Below, piece by piece: positions 1-8,288 of a stretch of DNA of 28,406 bases. Origin of the DNA: an uncultured virus (IMG/VR IMGVR_UViG_3300010051_000002). Its lineage: Duplodnaviria; Heunggongvirae; Uroviricota; Caudoviricetes. Each line of letters opens with the position of its first letter. The stretch's first letter is position 1. The position numbers and the translations under genes are program-made. Location: the IMG/VR virus record IMGVR_UViG_3300010051_000002, positions 62,001 to 90,406 of that record; one strand, 5' to 3'. The notes beneath the pieces are model-generated. The model searched no databases. It had not been told where the DNA came from and saw only the letters and a program-made list of their open reading frames with translations.

Positions 1-65
1 GGATCACCACAGTACATACAATTATATGATTTTGCTTGAGTGCAACGCACACATTGTGTACTCAT
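1..65 (-). CDS. Partial (3'-truncated) small Zn-finger protein MSTQCVRCTQAKSYNCMYCGD...
   Basis: Read manually: ATG at 65 overlaps the stop of the upstream ORF (ATGA); two CxxC motifs. Confidence 0.7.
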   Translation of the reverse strand, partial: MSTQCVRCTQAKSYNCMYCGD

Positions 66-301
66 TCTATTTTTAACCTCTCAGCAAGTCTTTCTAGTTT
101 TTGTTTATAATCTAAAGTTTCTTCAATTTCCTTTTCATATTCTTTAACTCTTTCTAATTGTCTTTTTTCTTCTTTGATAAATCGCTGATGTTTACAATGT
201 TCAACATTATGATCACAATTTTCAATTGAATCGTTAATTAATTCAACAATAACACTATGCTCCCATGTATCTATTTGTAAGGTTATAAGATCATTACTCA
301 T
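62..301 (-). CDS. Hypothetical coiled-coil protein
   Basis: ORF in a tightly coupled leftward operon; E/K-rich heptads. Confidence 0.75.
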   Translation of the reverse strand: MSNDLITLQIDTWEHSVIVELINDSIENCDHNVEHCKHQRFIKEEKRQLERVKEYEKEIEETLDYKQKLERLAERLKIE

Positions 302-657
302 TTCTTTTCTACACTACTCCTTGTTGTTGTTGTTATTTCCTTACGTATATCACCTATTATTTCACGCATTTCCTGCATATCACTACTCATATCTTCAATT
401 ACTTCTTTTGAAAGATAATTCTTGTTATTGCTTACAGTCATACTATGATGATCCCATAACAATTCAAGAGCTCTTGAAATTATCTTACGCTGTGTTATAT
501 TGTAGAACCCTAGTTTTTTTGAACATTCATCACAGATCAGCCTATGAGATTTTTTAAATAAATGAGGTGGTATGCTGCACTTTTTGAATCTATCTACTTC
601 TTCACCACAGAAATTACATTCCAATACCAGATCTTTACCTTCACCTAAGATTGTCAT
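298..657 (-). CDS. Hypothetical protein with N-terminal Zn finger (CNFC...CDEC)
   Basis: Start moved to ATG 657, which gives an ATGA overlap with the upstream gene; two CxxC motifs. Confidence 0.75.
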   Translation of the reverse strand: MTILGEGKDLVLECNFCGEEVDRFKKCSIPPHLFKKSHRLICDECSKKLGFYNITQRKIISRALELLWDHHSMTVSNNKNYLSKEVIEDMSSDMQEMREIIGDIRKEITTTTRSSVEKK

Positions 658-878
658 TCTAATTTTACTCCACACATGTGACAGAATTCGGTAGGTATGA
701 AAACATTCTTATCTTTATCAAAGATAACCCAGCAATTCATATAACCTTCTGCTTTCATTACTCTTTCTGGATGAAAACCTTGCAATAATTGAAAACATCT
801 ATGTTCTAGAAAGTTGAGAGTATTATCTAGTGGTCTAGCTGCATTAGATATTTTTATTCTGTTTTCTTTGTTAAACAT
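654..878 (-). CDS. Small protein with C-terminal Zn-ribbon motif (FCHMCGVKL)
   Basis: ORF coupled to both neighbours; CxxCG motif. Confidence 0.75.
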   Translation of the reverse strand: MFNKENRIKISNAARPLDNTLNFLEHRCFQLLQGFHPERVMKAEGYMNCWVIFDKDKNVFIPTEFCHMCGVKLE

Positions 879-1126
879 TAATCAAAATACCCCCCTGATT
901 TCTTTTTGTATAAATCCCTAGTTTCTATTGCATTTCTTACCTTTGTAAAGAATCCCGTGAAAAACTCAGGTTGTAATGAATACCTTGTTACCTGTTCCGT
1001 TCCATTCTGCACTATAATAAACATTACATGAAATAGATCTTCTAGCTGATCGTAGTTTACCGTAATATCTTTTAGCAAGAAGGTAGTATGCTCTTTATAT
1101 TCAACTGGTGGTTTATCTTCAGTCAT
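878..1126 (-). CDS. Hypothetical protein
   Basis: Likely start is ATG 1126 (MTEDKPP), directly after the stop of the RHH gene. Confidence 0.7.
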   Translation of the reverse strand: MTEDKPPVEYKEHTTFLLKDITVNYDQLEDLFHVMFIIVQNGTEQVTRYSLQPEFFTGFFTKVRNAIETRDLYKKKSGGYFD

Positions 1127-1127
1127 T

Positions 1128-1310
1128 TTAAAATCCAATTTTGTTATCTTCCACATATTTTATGATCTCTTCCTTATGATTCTCAAACATCATATTGATT
1201 ATTCTTTGAATGAACTTGGATCGTGGAATATCACCACGTAGTTTATCAATTTCATCCAGTCTTTTCATATCAATCGATAAACCAATTCCTGTTTTTGATA
1301 GTCTGCTCAT
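1128..1310 (-). CDS. Ribbon-helix-helix (CopG-like) DNA-binding protein
   Basis: Alternating strand GIGLSID, helix RLDEIDKLRG, and turn plus helix DIPRSKFIQRII: the typical archaeal RHH pattern. Confidence 0.8.
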   Translation of the reverse strand: MSRLSKTGIGLSIDMKRLDEIDKLRGDIPRSKFIQRIINMMFENHKEEIIKYVEDNKIGF

Positions 1311-1311
1311 A

Positions 1312-1489
1312 TCATTCCATTCCGTTTATTTTCTTGGTTAATACCAGCATTTTATTTTCCAAATTCTGCATTNNTAAGTTGAATATTCTGTAAATGCAAT
1401 CTTGCTTCAACGGTTGCTTTTGTATTAAATGCTCTTAACATTTCAAGCTCCCTTTTGGTTACAGGAAGATTATATTCTGTTTCTGTCAT
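1312..1489 (-). CDS. Small coiled-coil protein interrupted by ambiguous bases (NN at 1373-1374)
   Basis: ATG 1489 has an ATGA overlap with the upstream gene. MTETEYNLPVTKRELEMLRAF...QL continues into MQNLENKMLVLTKKINGME* if NN stands for 1 or 4 nt. Confidence 0.6.
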
Positions 1490-1722
1490 TGTGGCATTGG
1501 TCCTGAATAACCACGTTCTATCTCACCATACTTTGATTCATCATATTCACCACTACCTTCTTCTATAATGCGATTCAAAACATCCTGTTTTTCCTTGATA
1601 AGATTCAGCTCTTCCTGTGACCATTCTGTTTTTCCTTCACTTTTTTCTTTAGTCACTCCTTCATCTATTTTTCGCAATTCAATCATTGCTTTCAGTCTGT
1701 TAATAACTACCATATCAATCAC
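1486..1722 (-). CDS. Hypothetical protein
   Basis: ORF in operon, GTG start adjacent to the upstream stop. Confidence 0.7.
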   Translation of the reverse strand: MIDMVVINRLKAMIELRKIDEGVTKEKSEGKTEWSQEELNLIKEKQDVLNRIIEEGSGEYDESKYGEIERGYSGPMPQ

Positions 1723-1950
1723 TTATTTGCTGAATTGTTTTTTATAGAACAACTTTTCTAAAACGGATTTAGTAAGGTATACCCTATAATTTCCAACTTG
1801 AAGCATTGTGTAGTTGTTATGATAACCAATTCGTCTAATTGTTTCATTCTTGATTGCAAGATCCGTTGGTTTGATTTTCATAAAATTGGCTTTGGATTCT
1901 TCTATTCCTTCTGCTATTACTGCTGGTTTTGTTTTTAGGTTCGCTTTCAT
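1723..1950 (-). CDS. Hypothetical protein, first gene of the leftward operon
   Basis: AAAAATG start context with a TATA-like CTTATTAAAT upstream on the minus strand. Confidence 0.7.
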   Translation of the reverse strand: MKANLKTKPAVIAEGIEESKANFMKIKPTDLAIKNETIRRIGYHNNYTMLQVGNYRVYLTKSVLEKLFYKKQFSK

Positions 1951-2106
1951 TTTTATTATAACCTTGCAAGATTATTGATGTCTGCATTTAATAAGGTTTT
2001 CTATTTGAAAAAACAGTTTTATAGGAGTTTGTATAATTCCAAAATAGTAGGCTTTTCGCTTTTATCTAGTGAGTATTATATTATTATATTATATTTATTA
2101 TTATTA

Positions 2107-2386
2107 TTTTATGTAAATTGTTTAGTAAATACTTTAGTTTTTACTTTATGTAAATCCTTTAGTATATACAAAATTTAAAATATTTTAAAATTATTTTACA
2201 AATACAACTTTCACCGTTAAAAGCTAACGGATTTACATAAACAATTTACATAACGTAACAGCTAACGGATTTACAAAACGTCAATAATTATCGTAATTCA
2301 ATGGGGTATATGTTTTCTACAGCATCAGTAAAAGCTAAACAATTTACATAAACAATTGCATAAACTAACAGCTAAAGTAATTACTA
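2107..2386. repeat. Iteron-like repeat cluster, putative replication origin
   Basis: Consensus (G)CTAA-M-S-R-ATTTACATAA(A). Inverted copies at 2109-2125 and 2145-2162; direct copies at 2223-2241, 2261-2279 and 2334-2352; half copies at 2242-2254 and 2353-2365. A nearly pure A/T tract lies between the opposed sets, and the region sits between divergent operons. Confidence 0.65.
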
Positions 2387-2437
2387 CAAATAAAAAGATT
2401 TAATAATATAGGTAGGCTACCAACCTACCCAAGTAAG

Positions 2438-3016
2438 ATGTATAGGATTAAACCATCATCTCGTAAGAGAAAGATCTTAACAAAAGATGATTTAACAAAA
2501 GCGATTGAAGAATACAGATATATAAATTATGTACCGTTAAGCTGGAAAGACGATAATAATACTACTACTACTACTAATGAAATATGGTATAGACAAAATA
2601 AACAAACTGGTGAATTTTATTATTGTCAGTATTGTATGAAAACAAAAAATTATAGTGAGGAAGAAATACCAAAATTAGAATTAATTAGTGTTGGTAGATG
2701 GATCAGTAAAACGTACTGTAGATGTGTTAATTGTGGTATTATTTTATGTTATACGTGTTTAAGTAAGGCTCAGGTTCAAAATCAAAAGTATTTACGTTCA
2801 AATTGCAATACCTGTAAGAATAGAAGAATTCAAGAAGCAAAGCCTACAAAAAAATGTGAATGTTCACCCGAATGTAATTATGAAATTCCAGTAACAAATC
2901 TAAAAGGACAGCCACAGAAATATGCAGTTGGTCATGGACTGAAATTCTACCATACAAACAATAGTTTTAAATGGATTGATTATCATGCAAAACTAGAAGA
3001 ATATGAACGTAAATAA
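2438..3016 (+). CDS. Multi-Zn-finger protein (CQYC, CVNC, CYTC, CNTC; C-terminal CEC..C...YAVGH)
   Basis: Several CxxC pairs; the C-terminal CxC..C...GH motif resembles Zn modules attached to viral homing-endonuclease-type proteins. Confidence 0.7.
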   Translation: MYRIKPSSRKRKILTKDDLTKAIEEYRYINYVPLSWKDDNNTTTTTNEIWYRQNKQTGEFYYCQYCMKTKNYSEEEIPKLELISVGRWISKTYCRCVNCGIILCYTCLSKAQVQNQKYLRSNCNTCKNRRIQEAKPTKKCECSPECNYEIPVTNLKGQPQKYAVGHGLKFYHTNNSFKWIDYHAKLEEYERK

Positions 3017-3407
3017 TATAGTAGTTGAAGAGCTGGGAAGAAAGTATAAAGATAAAAATTACAGGCTCTTGTATCAAATCCAGGTAGATTATAAAAAACC
3101 TGCCATTTCAAAAATGCTTTATTTAGATAAGGAAGCATTAACTGCTTTACATTCTAAGGTTAGGGAATTTGTTGATGAATCAGATATAACTAAACTTAAT
3201 GTTGTTTCATTTGGTCATAAATGCGGTAAGGATTGTGGTGAACCTGATCTAGACGTATTAAATGAACATAAATTTGGATCAATTATAGATATACGAGAAG
3301 CAAATTCATTTGCAGAAATAGAAGTATTTGATAAGAAGAAAGTAAAGGGTAAACCAGCAATTAAAAAGAAAAGTACTAAATCAAAGAAAAAAGTTAAGCA
3401 AAAATAA
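3003..3407 (+). CDS. Hypothetical protein with Lys-rich C-terminal tail
   Basis: Overlaps the previous gene; tail KKKVKGKPAIKKKSTKSKKKVKQK. Confidence 0.75.
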   Translation: MNVNNIVVEELGRKYKDKNYRLLYQIQVDYKKPAISKMLYLDKEALTALHSKVREFVDESDITKLNVVSFGHKCGKDCGEPDLDVLNEHKFGSIIDIREANSFAEIEVFDKKKVKGKPAIKKKSTKSKKKVKQK

Positions 3408-3440
3408 CACTTAAATGACTATATAGTTAATAATACTTAA

Positions 3441-3686
3441 CCCACATGCATATAAGGTAAAAAGATGGGTTTTGTCAATAGTATGGAAACGGTCACGTGC
3501 TATTGACAAAAAGATGGAAAGATGGGTAGGTAGTTTTTTCGCTCATTTTTCTCTATCTATCTATCTTTCCATTTCTTTACTGTTCTATATTTTGAATTGT
3601 TGTATGTTCTATGGCATGAACAGGTACAAGAAATAGAATAACAGTCAAGACAGTTTTTATAAAAGCATTGATGTGATTCACCCATG
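3441..3686 (+). ncRNA. Putative novel structured non-coding RNA (three long hairpins)
   Basis: H1: 3470-3485 pairs with 3496-3511 (16 bp, 2 G-U). H2: 3512-3533 pairs with 3553-3574 (22 contiguous bp, 4 G-U). H3: irregular stem ~3575-3650. All non-Watson-Crick pairs in H1 and H2 are G-U on the + strand. TATA-like CTTAAAT at 3410. Fills a 280-nt gap between convergent genes. Confidence 0.65.
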
Positions 3687-3687
3687 A

Positions 3688-3900
3688 TTAATACCCACTC
3701 TTTGATTTATTCCACTGAATAACCCTAAATCTTGTTTTAAGCATACAGCATATACAATATGTACCATTAATACATGCTATCTTCTTAATTGACCTATGGC
3801 AGTTCTGACAGAATCTATAACCTCTTTTATAATCACAACCTGTAAATGGTTTAAAGTTGGGATTGGTATTACAAATTCCTTTACATCTAATTTTACTCAT
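3688..3900 (-). CDS. Small Cys-rich protein (CKGIC...FCQNC...CICC..KTR)
   Basis: Cys pattern matches a small-protein family recalled from Nitrososphaerota (CKGIC...RCxxC...CPCC...LR); not searched. Confidence 0.7.
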   Translation of the reverse strand: MSKIRCKGICNTNPNFKPFTGCDYKRGYRFCQNCHRSIKKIACINGTYCICCMLKTRFRVIQWNKSKSGY

Positions 3901-4169
3901 TTTATTAACTTTCTTAACCTTTCAATTACTTCATAACCTGTTTCATCAATTATAATGAATCCATCACCAAATACCCTAACCATAAAATCATGTATTGCAA
4001 TGTCTATATCATTCATACCCAAACTTTTTAATTCATTTATTCTTTCTTTCTTGTAATCAAAACCTACTGTTCTAGGTGGACCGTTAACATACATAATATC
4101 ATTTATTCCCCACCTATAATGAAAATTAAATTTATCAAATGGATCAGTCATGTTATTCATTTCCTTCAA
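3897..4169 (-). CDS. Hypothetical protein (start may be ATG 4151)
   Basis: ORF with ATGA overlap to the downstream gene. Confidence 0.7.
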   Translation of the reverse strand: MKEMNNMTDPFDKFNFHYRWGINDIMYVNGPPRTVGFDYKKERINELKSLGMNDIDIAIHDFMVRVFGDGFIIIDETGYEVIERLRKLIK

Positions 4170-4374
4170 AACATATTTGATTCAATCTATGTTTCATTAT
4201 TGGATCAGGTATTCCTGTTACTGTTTTACAATTCAAACATTGCATGCTGAATGTTTTAGTATAGAATTCTTTCTTTTGACTGTAATCAAACTGTATATGA
4301 AATATAATATCTTTGCTTTCGCATAAACCGCAATACATTCCAGAATAGGGTAATTTATCTGATGTATATGGCAT
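4153..4374 (-). CDS. Zn-ribbon protein (CGLC...CLNC)
   Basis: Two CxxC motifs with beta-hairpin spacing. Confidence 0.75.
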   Translation of the reverse strand: MPYTSDKLPYSGMYCGLCESKDIIFHIQFDYSQKKEFYTKTFSMQCLNCKTVTGIPDPIMKHRLNQICFEGNE

Positions 4375-4375
4375 G

Positions 4376-4753
4376 TTATTGTACCAGTGTTACAGTTTTA
4401 AGATGTTTATCTTTGGCATATGTTAAAAGAATCTCAGAGAATCCAAAATTATCATCCTTGAATTTTTTAGAACTGATTCGATAGGGTATATTTGCAATCA
4501 ACTTATCTACCTGCTTTTTAGAAAACTTGCAGTATTTTATTAGCAGCTCATTACAGAAATTTTCTTTTCTATCTTTTATATATTCAATCAATTTCTCAAA
4601 TCCTACATCATAGATATGACCATTTGTGAAAATTATACGTGGTCTACCTGTTCTATGTATAATAGAGATCTCTGATATGCAGCAACCCATGTTTTCATAG
4701 AGAATGGTATCTAAACTAGAATTGATATTGTGTTTTTTAGCAGTACTCAACAA
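4376..4753 (-). CDS. Hypothetical protein
   Basis: ORF in leftward operon; start uncertain (TTG). Confidence 0.65.
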   Translation of the reverse strand: MLSTAKKHNINSSLDTILYENMGCCISEISIIHRTGRPRIIFTNGHIYDVGFEKLIEYIKDRKENFCNELLIKYCKFSKKQVDKLIANIPYRISSKKFKDDNFGFSEILLTYAKDKHLKTVTLVQ

Positions 4754-4782
4754 ATGAGTAAATCAAATTGTTTTATTTAAAC

Positions 4783-5067
4783 TTAAACATTTGGCATTTC
4801 AAAATGTATTTCCTTCTCATAAACAACTTCTAGAATTTCAATTTTATTTACATGAAAAATTCTTTCTTTGATTGCTTTTTCCATAAACTTTGTTGTGGTC
4901 AATTCACAAAGTACATTGATAACATAATGATATTCTGAATGTATGCCAGTGTTATTTTCAGCTATATTTATCAGCTTGATTGTTTGGATTTGAATCTTAC
5001 TCAGTCTTTCTTTAAGTACTTTGGCTTGATTCAAACTAAAACAAAAAACACTGAAAATATAACGCAT
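4783..5067 (-). CDS. Hypothetical protein, possibly a stand-alone Lrp/AsnC ligand-binding (RAM)-like domain
   Basis: 94 aa with a beta-alpha-beta-beta-alpha-beta hydrophobic pattern; YHYVINV...MEKAIKERIFHVNKI loosely resembles RAM domains. Confidence 0.4.
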   Translation of the reverse strand: MRYIFSVFCFSLNQAKVLKERLSKIQIQTIKLINIAENNTGIHSEYHYVINVLCELTTTKFMEKAIKERIFHVNKIEILEVVYEKEIHFEMPNV

Positions 5068-5068
5068 G

Positions 5069-5302
5069 TTATTCTATCTCTTTTAAAATCTTTGTAAGTG
5101 TAATGTTAATAGCATTAATATCTGCTGTTACTGCACTATACTTTAGTGCTAGATCTTTAGAATATTCCTGCAAAAGTTTCAATGTCTTGATTAGATTTTC
5201 ATCCTTATCTTCATACTCTTTTGGTATTGATACCCTACCTTCATTTGTTACTACGTTTTTGTTTTCTTCAGTGTTACTTGATTCTATTATGTCACTTGAC
5301 AC
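5069..5302 (-). CDS. Hypothetical protein (helical C-terminus)
   Basis: First ORF after the divergent promoter region 5303-5357. Confidence 0.7.
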   Translation of the reverse strand: MSSDIIESSNTEENKNVVTNEGRVSIPKEYEDKDENLIKTLKLLQEYSKDLALKYSAVTADINAINITLTKILKEIE

Positions 5303-5357
5303 ACTAGTACTATAAAAAATCCTAAATATCTAAAAAATGTTACGATGGTAACAAAGA

Positions 5358-5798
5358 ATGGGGATCAGGGGAAAGAGTAAGAAGAAATACGAAATTTCAC
5401 CAGGAACGAGATTCTTATACCAGCTCTTAATATCATGCTGGATTAACAATATTACTAATCCTGATATTATCAAAAAGATTCTAGAGTATGCAGTTAACAA
5501 CTATAAATTCAATTACAGAAAAAACCTAAAGATAACAAATCATACATTATGGGTTTTTACATATCATATTAAAAGTCATATACCTGCTCTAGCAATGTTA
5601 CAAGATACAATTTATGGTGAAAAGGTTACCGTCATTTATGGACCAAAGAAATCTGGAAACAGTATTATCAACACTCCAACTTTCAAAACAATATTAACAT
5701 TAGAACGGGCTTTTCCAGAAGAAGATAATATAATCTTTAAAGAGATATACCCAACTGATACAATATTAAATGAAATACTGGAAAAAATAAATGAATAG
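5358..5798 (+). CDS. Hypothetical protein
   Basis: 146-aa ORF, ATG start, fills the gap exactly. Confidence 0.75.
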   Translation: MGIRGKSKKKYEISPGTRFLYQLLISCWINNITNPDIIKKILEYAVNNYKFNYRKNLKITNHTLWVFTYHIKSHIPALAMLQDTIYGEKVTVIYGPKKSGNSIINTPTFKTILTLERAFPEEDNIIFKEIYPTDTILNEILEKINE

Positions 5799-5800
5799 AT

Positions 5801-5823
5801 TTTGCGAAGATCTTCTTCGCAAA
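5801..5823. repeat. 23-bp imperfect palindrome, copy 1 (TTTGCGAAGA-TCT-TCTTCGCAAA)
   Basis: 10-bp inverted arms; exact reverse complement of 23180-23202; occupies the 25-bp gap between convergent genes. Confidence 0.9.
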
Positions 5824-6504
5824 TTATTTTACTATTGCTTGAATGTTTACCGCTTCCATATTTTCACGACTAAACGTAATGATAAGCCTGTTTACCTTTG
5901 AATCAGAAATATATTTTGCAACCTTTTCAAACATATCTTTATTCAGACTTACTTTTGTATTCATTTCTATTTCTTCACGTAGGTGTGCAACAGTACTGTT
6001 TAGTTCTTTAACCTGCTTTGCATATGAGCCAATCAATTCTGTCTGTCGTGTATTTGTGGGGTTTTCAACTTCTGCATTTGCCTGAGCTAGAGATACGGAT
6101 TTACCAACAGATTTACCTGCTTTTTCAGCTAATCTTGCATATTTATTTTTCTCGTATTCTTCTTTGGCAGTATTAGGATCTACTCTTGTACCACTTTCTA
6201 ATGTTTGATCGTTGGTACCGGCAGCTACAGCAATTTTATTTGGGTTAGCTCTAACCTTTGATTGGTCCTTATACTCAGCATCTAAACACTGTCTGATATA
6301 GTTCTTTGAAATTTGAAAACCCTGTAAATCTTTGGTCAGTTGAGTGCTTATTTTTTCCTTATCAAATCCAGCTTTATCTAGAGATTTGGCAGCCTTGTTT
6401 ACATACTCTTTTTTGTTAAACTCATATTCTGATGCTACATTACGGAATTCAGTAATTATTTTTTTATAATCTTCTGGTAGGTTTGGATCTAATTCATTTG
6501 TCAT
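5824..6504 (-). CDS. Putative DNA-binding protein (N-terminal HTH-like ISKNYIRQCLDAEYK motif, C-terminal coiled coil)
   Basis: Helical N-domain with an ISxxYIRxCL..YK motif recalled from Nitrososphaeraceae mobile-element proteins; function inferred. Confidence 0.5.
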   Translation of the reverse strand: MTNELDPNLPEDYKKIITEFRNVASEYEFNKKEYVNKAAKSLDKAGFDKEKISTQLTKDLQGFQISKNYIRQCLDAEYKDQSKVRANPNKIAVAAGTNDQTLESGTRVDPNTAKEEYEKNKYARLAEKAGKSVGKSVSLAQANAEVENPTNTRQTELIGSYAKQVKELNSTVAHLREEIEMNTKVSLNKDMFEKVAKYISDSKVNRLIITFSRENMEAVNIQAIVK

Positions 6505-6592
6505 ATCGAGTAAAAACTTACGAGTCTAAAAGTCTTAAAAAGGTATTGAAGGATTCAAAAAGAGCTATATAGAACCAGTATCAATTTAGTTT

Positions 6593-7516
6593 ATGGACAT
6601 TACTAATAAAGTATTCTTGGGTAATACATTAGAACTGTTAAAAGATTTTCCAGATAATTCTATTGATTTGGTAGTTACTTCACCACCATATTATAAACTT
6701 CGAGATTACGAACATCCCGATCAGATAGGACAGGAAGATGATATGATTGATTATATTAGAAATTTGATGATGGTATTCTTAGAATGTAAACGCATACTCA
6801 AAGATACAGGTAGTATTTACGTAAACATTGCAGACAAGTATGATAAGTATAACTCTTTGATGGGAATACCAGAAGAGTTTATGCGAATGATGACTAGAAG
6901 TTTAGGATTCTTTAGACCCAATACTATTATTTGGCAAAAGAACGCTTTACCCGAATCACCTAAAGCAAGATACAGTAACAACTTTGAATACTTTTACTTC
7001 TTTACCAAATCCATAGATTATACATTTAATATACAGTATGAACCCTATGCAGAAAGTACACTAAAGCAAGTTGAACAAATCTACAAAGGTCAAGCGAAAA
7101 AAGACTATTCAAGTGGAAAGGTCCAAAACCCTAGTGATACCAAAAGAAGAATAATAAGCAGTATAAAATTTGGTGGGAAGAAATACCCCGATAACGTAGA
7201 TAATGGAACATATTCAGGGAAACAGTGGGTGATAGAACCAGAGAAAGGAGCTAGAAAAAGATGTGTATGGAAAATTGCAACCGCTAACAATACAGAAAAC
7301 CATTATGCAAGTTACCCTGAGAAACTTGTTGAAACTCCAATCAGAGCATCAAGCAACGTTGGTGATTTAGTTTTAGATCCTTTCTGTGGCAGCGGCACAA
7401 CCTTATTTGTTGCTAATAGATTGGGTAGAAAATATTGTGGTATTGATATACAGCAAAAGTATATCAACAGCATTAATAGAAAGTTAAGAGGTATGCTTGA
7501 TGTCTATATTAAATAA
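6593..7516 (+). CDS. Orphan DNA amino-methyltransferase, beta class (N4-mC/N6-mA)
   Basis: Motif IV LVVTSPPY at the N-terminus, HYASYP, and motif I VLDPFCGSGTT at the C-terminus. Confidence 0.93.
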   Translation: MDITNKVFLGNTLELLKDFPDNSIDLVVTSPPYYKLRDYEHPDQIGQEDDMIDYIRNLMMVFLECKRILKDTGSIYVNIADKYDKYNSLMGIPEEFMRMMTRSLGFFRPNTIIWQKNALPESPKARYSNNFEYFYFFTKSIDYTFNIQYEPYAESTLKQVEQIYKGQAKKDYSSGKVQNPSDTKRRIISSIKFGGKKYPDNVDNGTYSGKQWVIEPEKGARKRCVWKIATANNTENHYASYPEKLVETPIRASSNVGDLVLDPFCGSGTTLFVANRLGRKYCGIDIQQKYINSINRKLRGMLDVYIK

Positions 7517-7562
7517 CAAAATCAAATCACTTATTAATAACCTAATAGAATTATAATTAAAA

Positions 7563-7883
7563 ATGAGGGATTTCAGTTATCTGGAAAATATAAGCAATGC
7601 GAGAAATTTCTTTTTAATGTTTCTTTGTATTGGGTTTGTGGTTGCTATTATGCTGGTTATGTGGGGATTTAGCAATCTCACAGAAGTTGAACGCCAGTAT
7701 ATGACCGAGCATCAATTTTTATTATTGCAATTTGCTTTTACTGGGGGTTTAATAATAGCATTGATTGGGATTATATTCTTAATTCATTATATTGGTGGGG
7801 TTAATCCAAAAGATGTATTTGCATATCAGTTATGGTGTCAGGCACAATTTAAGAGGTTAAAGGAAGAAAGGAAAAAGAAATGA
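7563..7883 (+). CDS. Membrane protein (2 TM)
   Basis: Two hydrophobic segments and a basic C-terminus; first gene of an operon. Confidence 0.75.
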   Translation: MRDFSYLENISNARNFFLMFLCIGFVVAIMLVMWGFSNLTEVERQYMTEHQFLLLQFAFTGGLIIALIGIIFLIHYIGGVNPKDVFAYQLWCQAQFKRLKEERKKK

Positions 7884-8053
7884 CACAATGTGAAAGATGT
7901 GGGTATGATAAAGATATGAGTGATTTATCAACTTCTATACATTTTATGTCACATCCTAGATACTGTCCTAATGGTGCATGGTTATGTGATGCATGTGCAG
8001 ATATACTAGAATTAACAGGTGAATGTTTCGTACCGGTGTATAAAAATGAGTGA
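7880..8053 (+). CDS. 57-aa Zn-finger protein (MTQCERCG...WLCDAC)
   Basis: Read manually, below the ORF-track cutoff; ATGA overlap; two CxxC motifs. Confidence 0.75.
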   Translation: MTQCERCGYDKDMSDLSTSIHFMSHPRYCPNGAWLCDACADILELTGECFVPVYKNE

Positions 8054-8288
8054 CCGTTATTTAAGAAAAGAAGAGTTAAGGGTAATACGTGAAAGTTTGC
8101 TTGTTAATAAAAAGCAAATAAGAATTGATGCAAATAATGAATTTACAGAGAAATTAGACAAGTATGAAAAAATATCTGATGTTCTTTATGATGAAGCAAT
8201 TGGATTATTAAAAATAATTGATGTGTTGTATAAAGAGTTAGATCCAAATAATACGAGTTTACATGTAGTGGTAGAAGAAAATGAATAA
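8046..8288 (+). CDS. Hypothetical protein
   Basis: Start moved to ATG 8046 (MSDRYLR). Confidence 0.7.
   Translation: MSDRYLRKEELRVIRESLLVNKKQIRIDANNEFTEKLDKYEKISDVLYDEAIGLLKIIDVLYKELDPNNTSLHVVVEENE

Noticed and set aside
1975..2178. 67-aa ORF on the + strand
   Set aside because: Low-complexity AT-rich translation overlapping the promoter and iteron region.
2107..2386. Mini-CRISPR array
   Set aside because: Repeats are short, degenerate, in both orientations and irregularly spaced, with no unique 30-40-nt spacers.
2552..2578. (AAT)n(ACT)n microsatellite as a phase-variation tract
   Set aside because: In-frame trinucleotide repeat encoding an N/T linker; it cannot shift the frame.
3441..3686. 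tRNA or a simple intrinsic terminator
   Set aside because: No cloverleaf or T-loop; the stems are too long and numerous for a simple terminator, although a bidirectional terminator role cannot be excluded.
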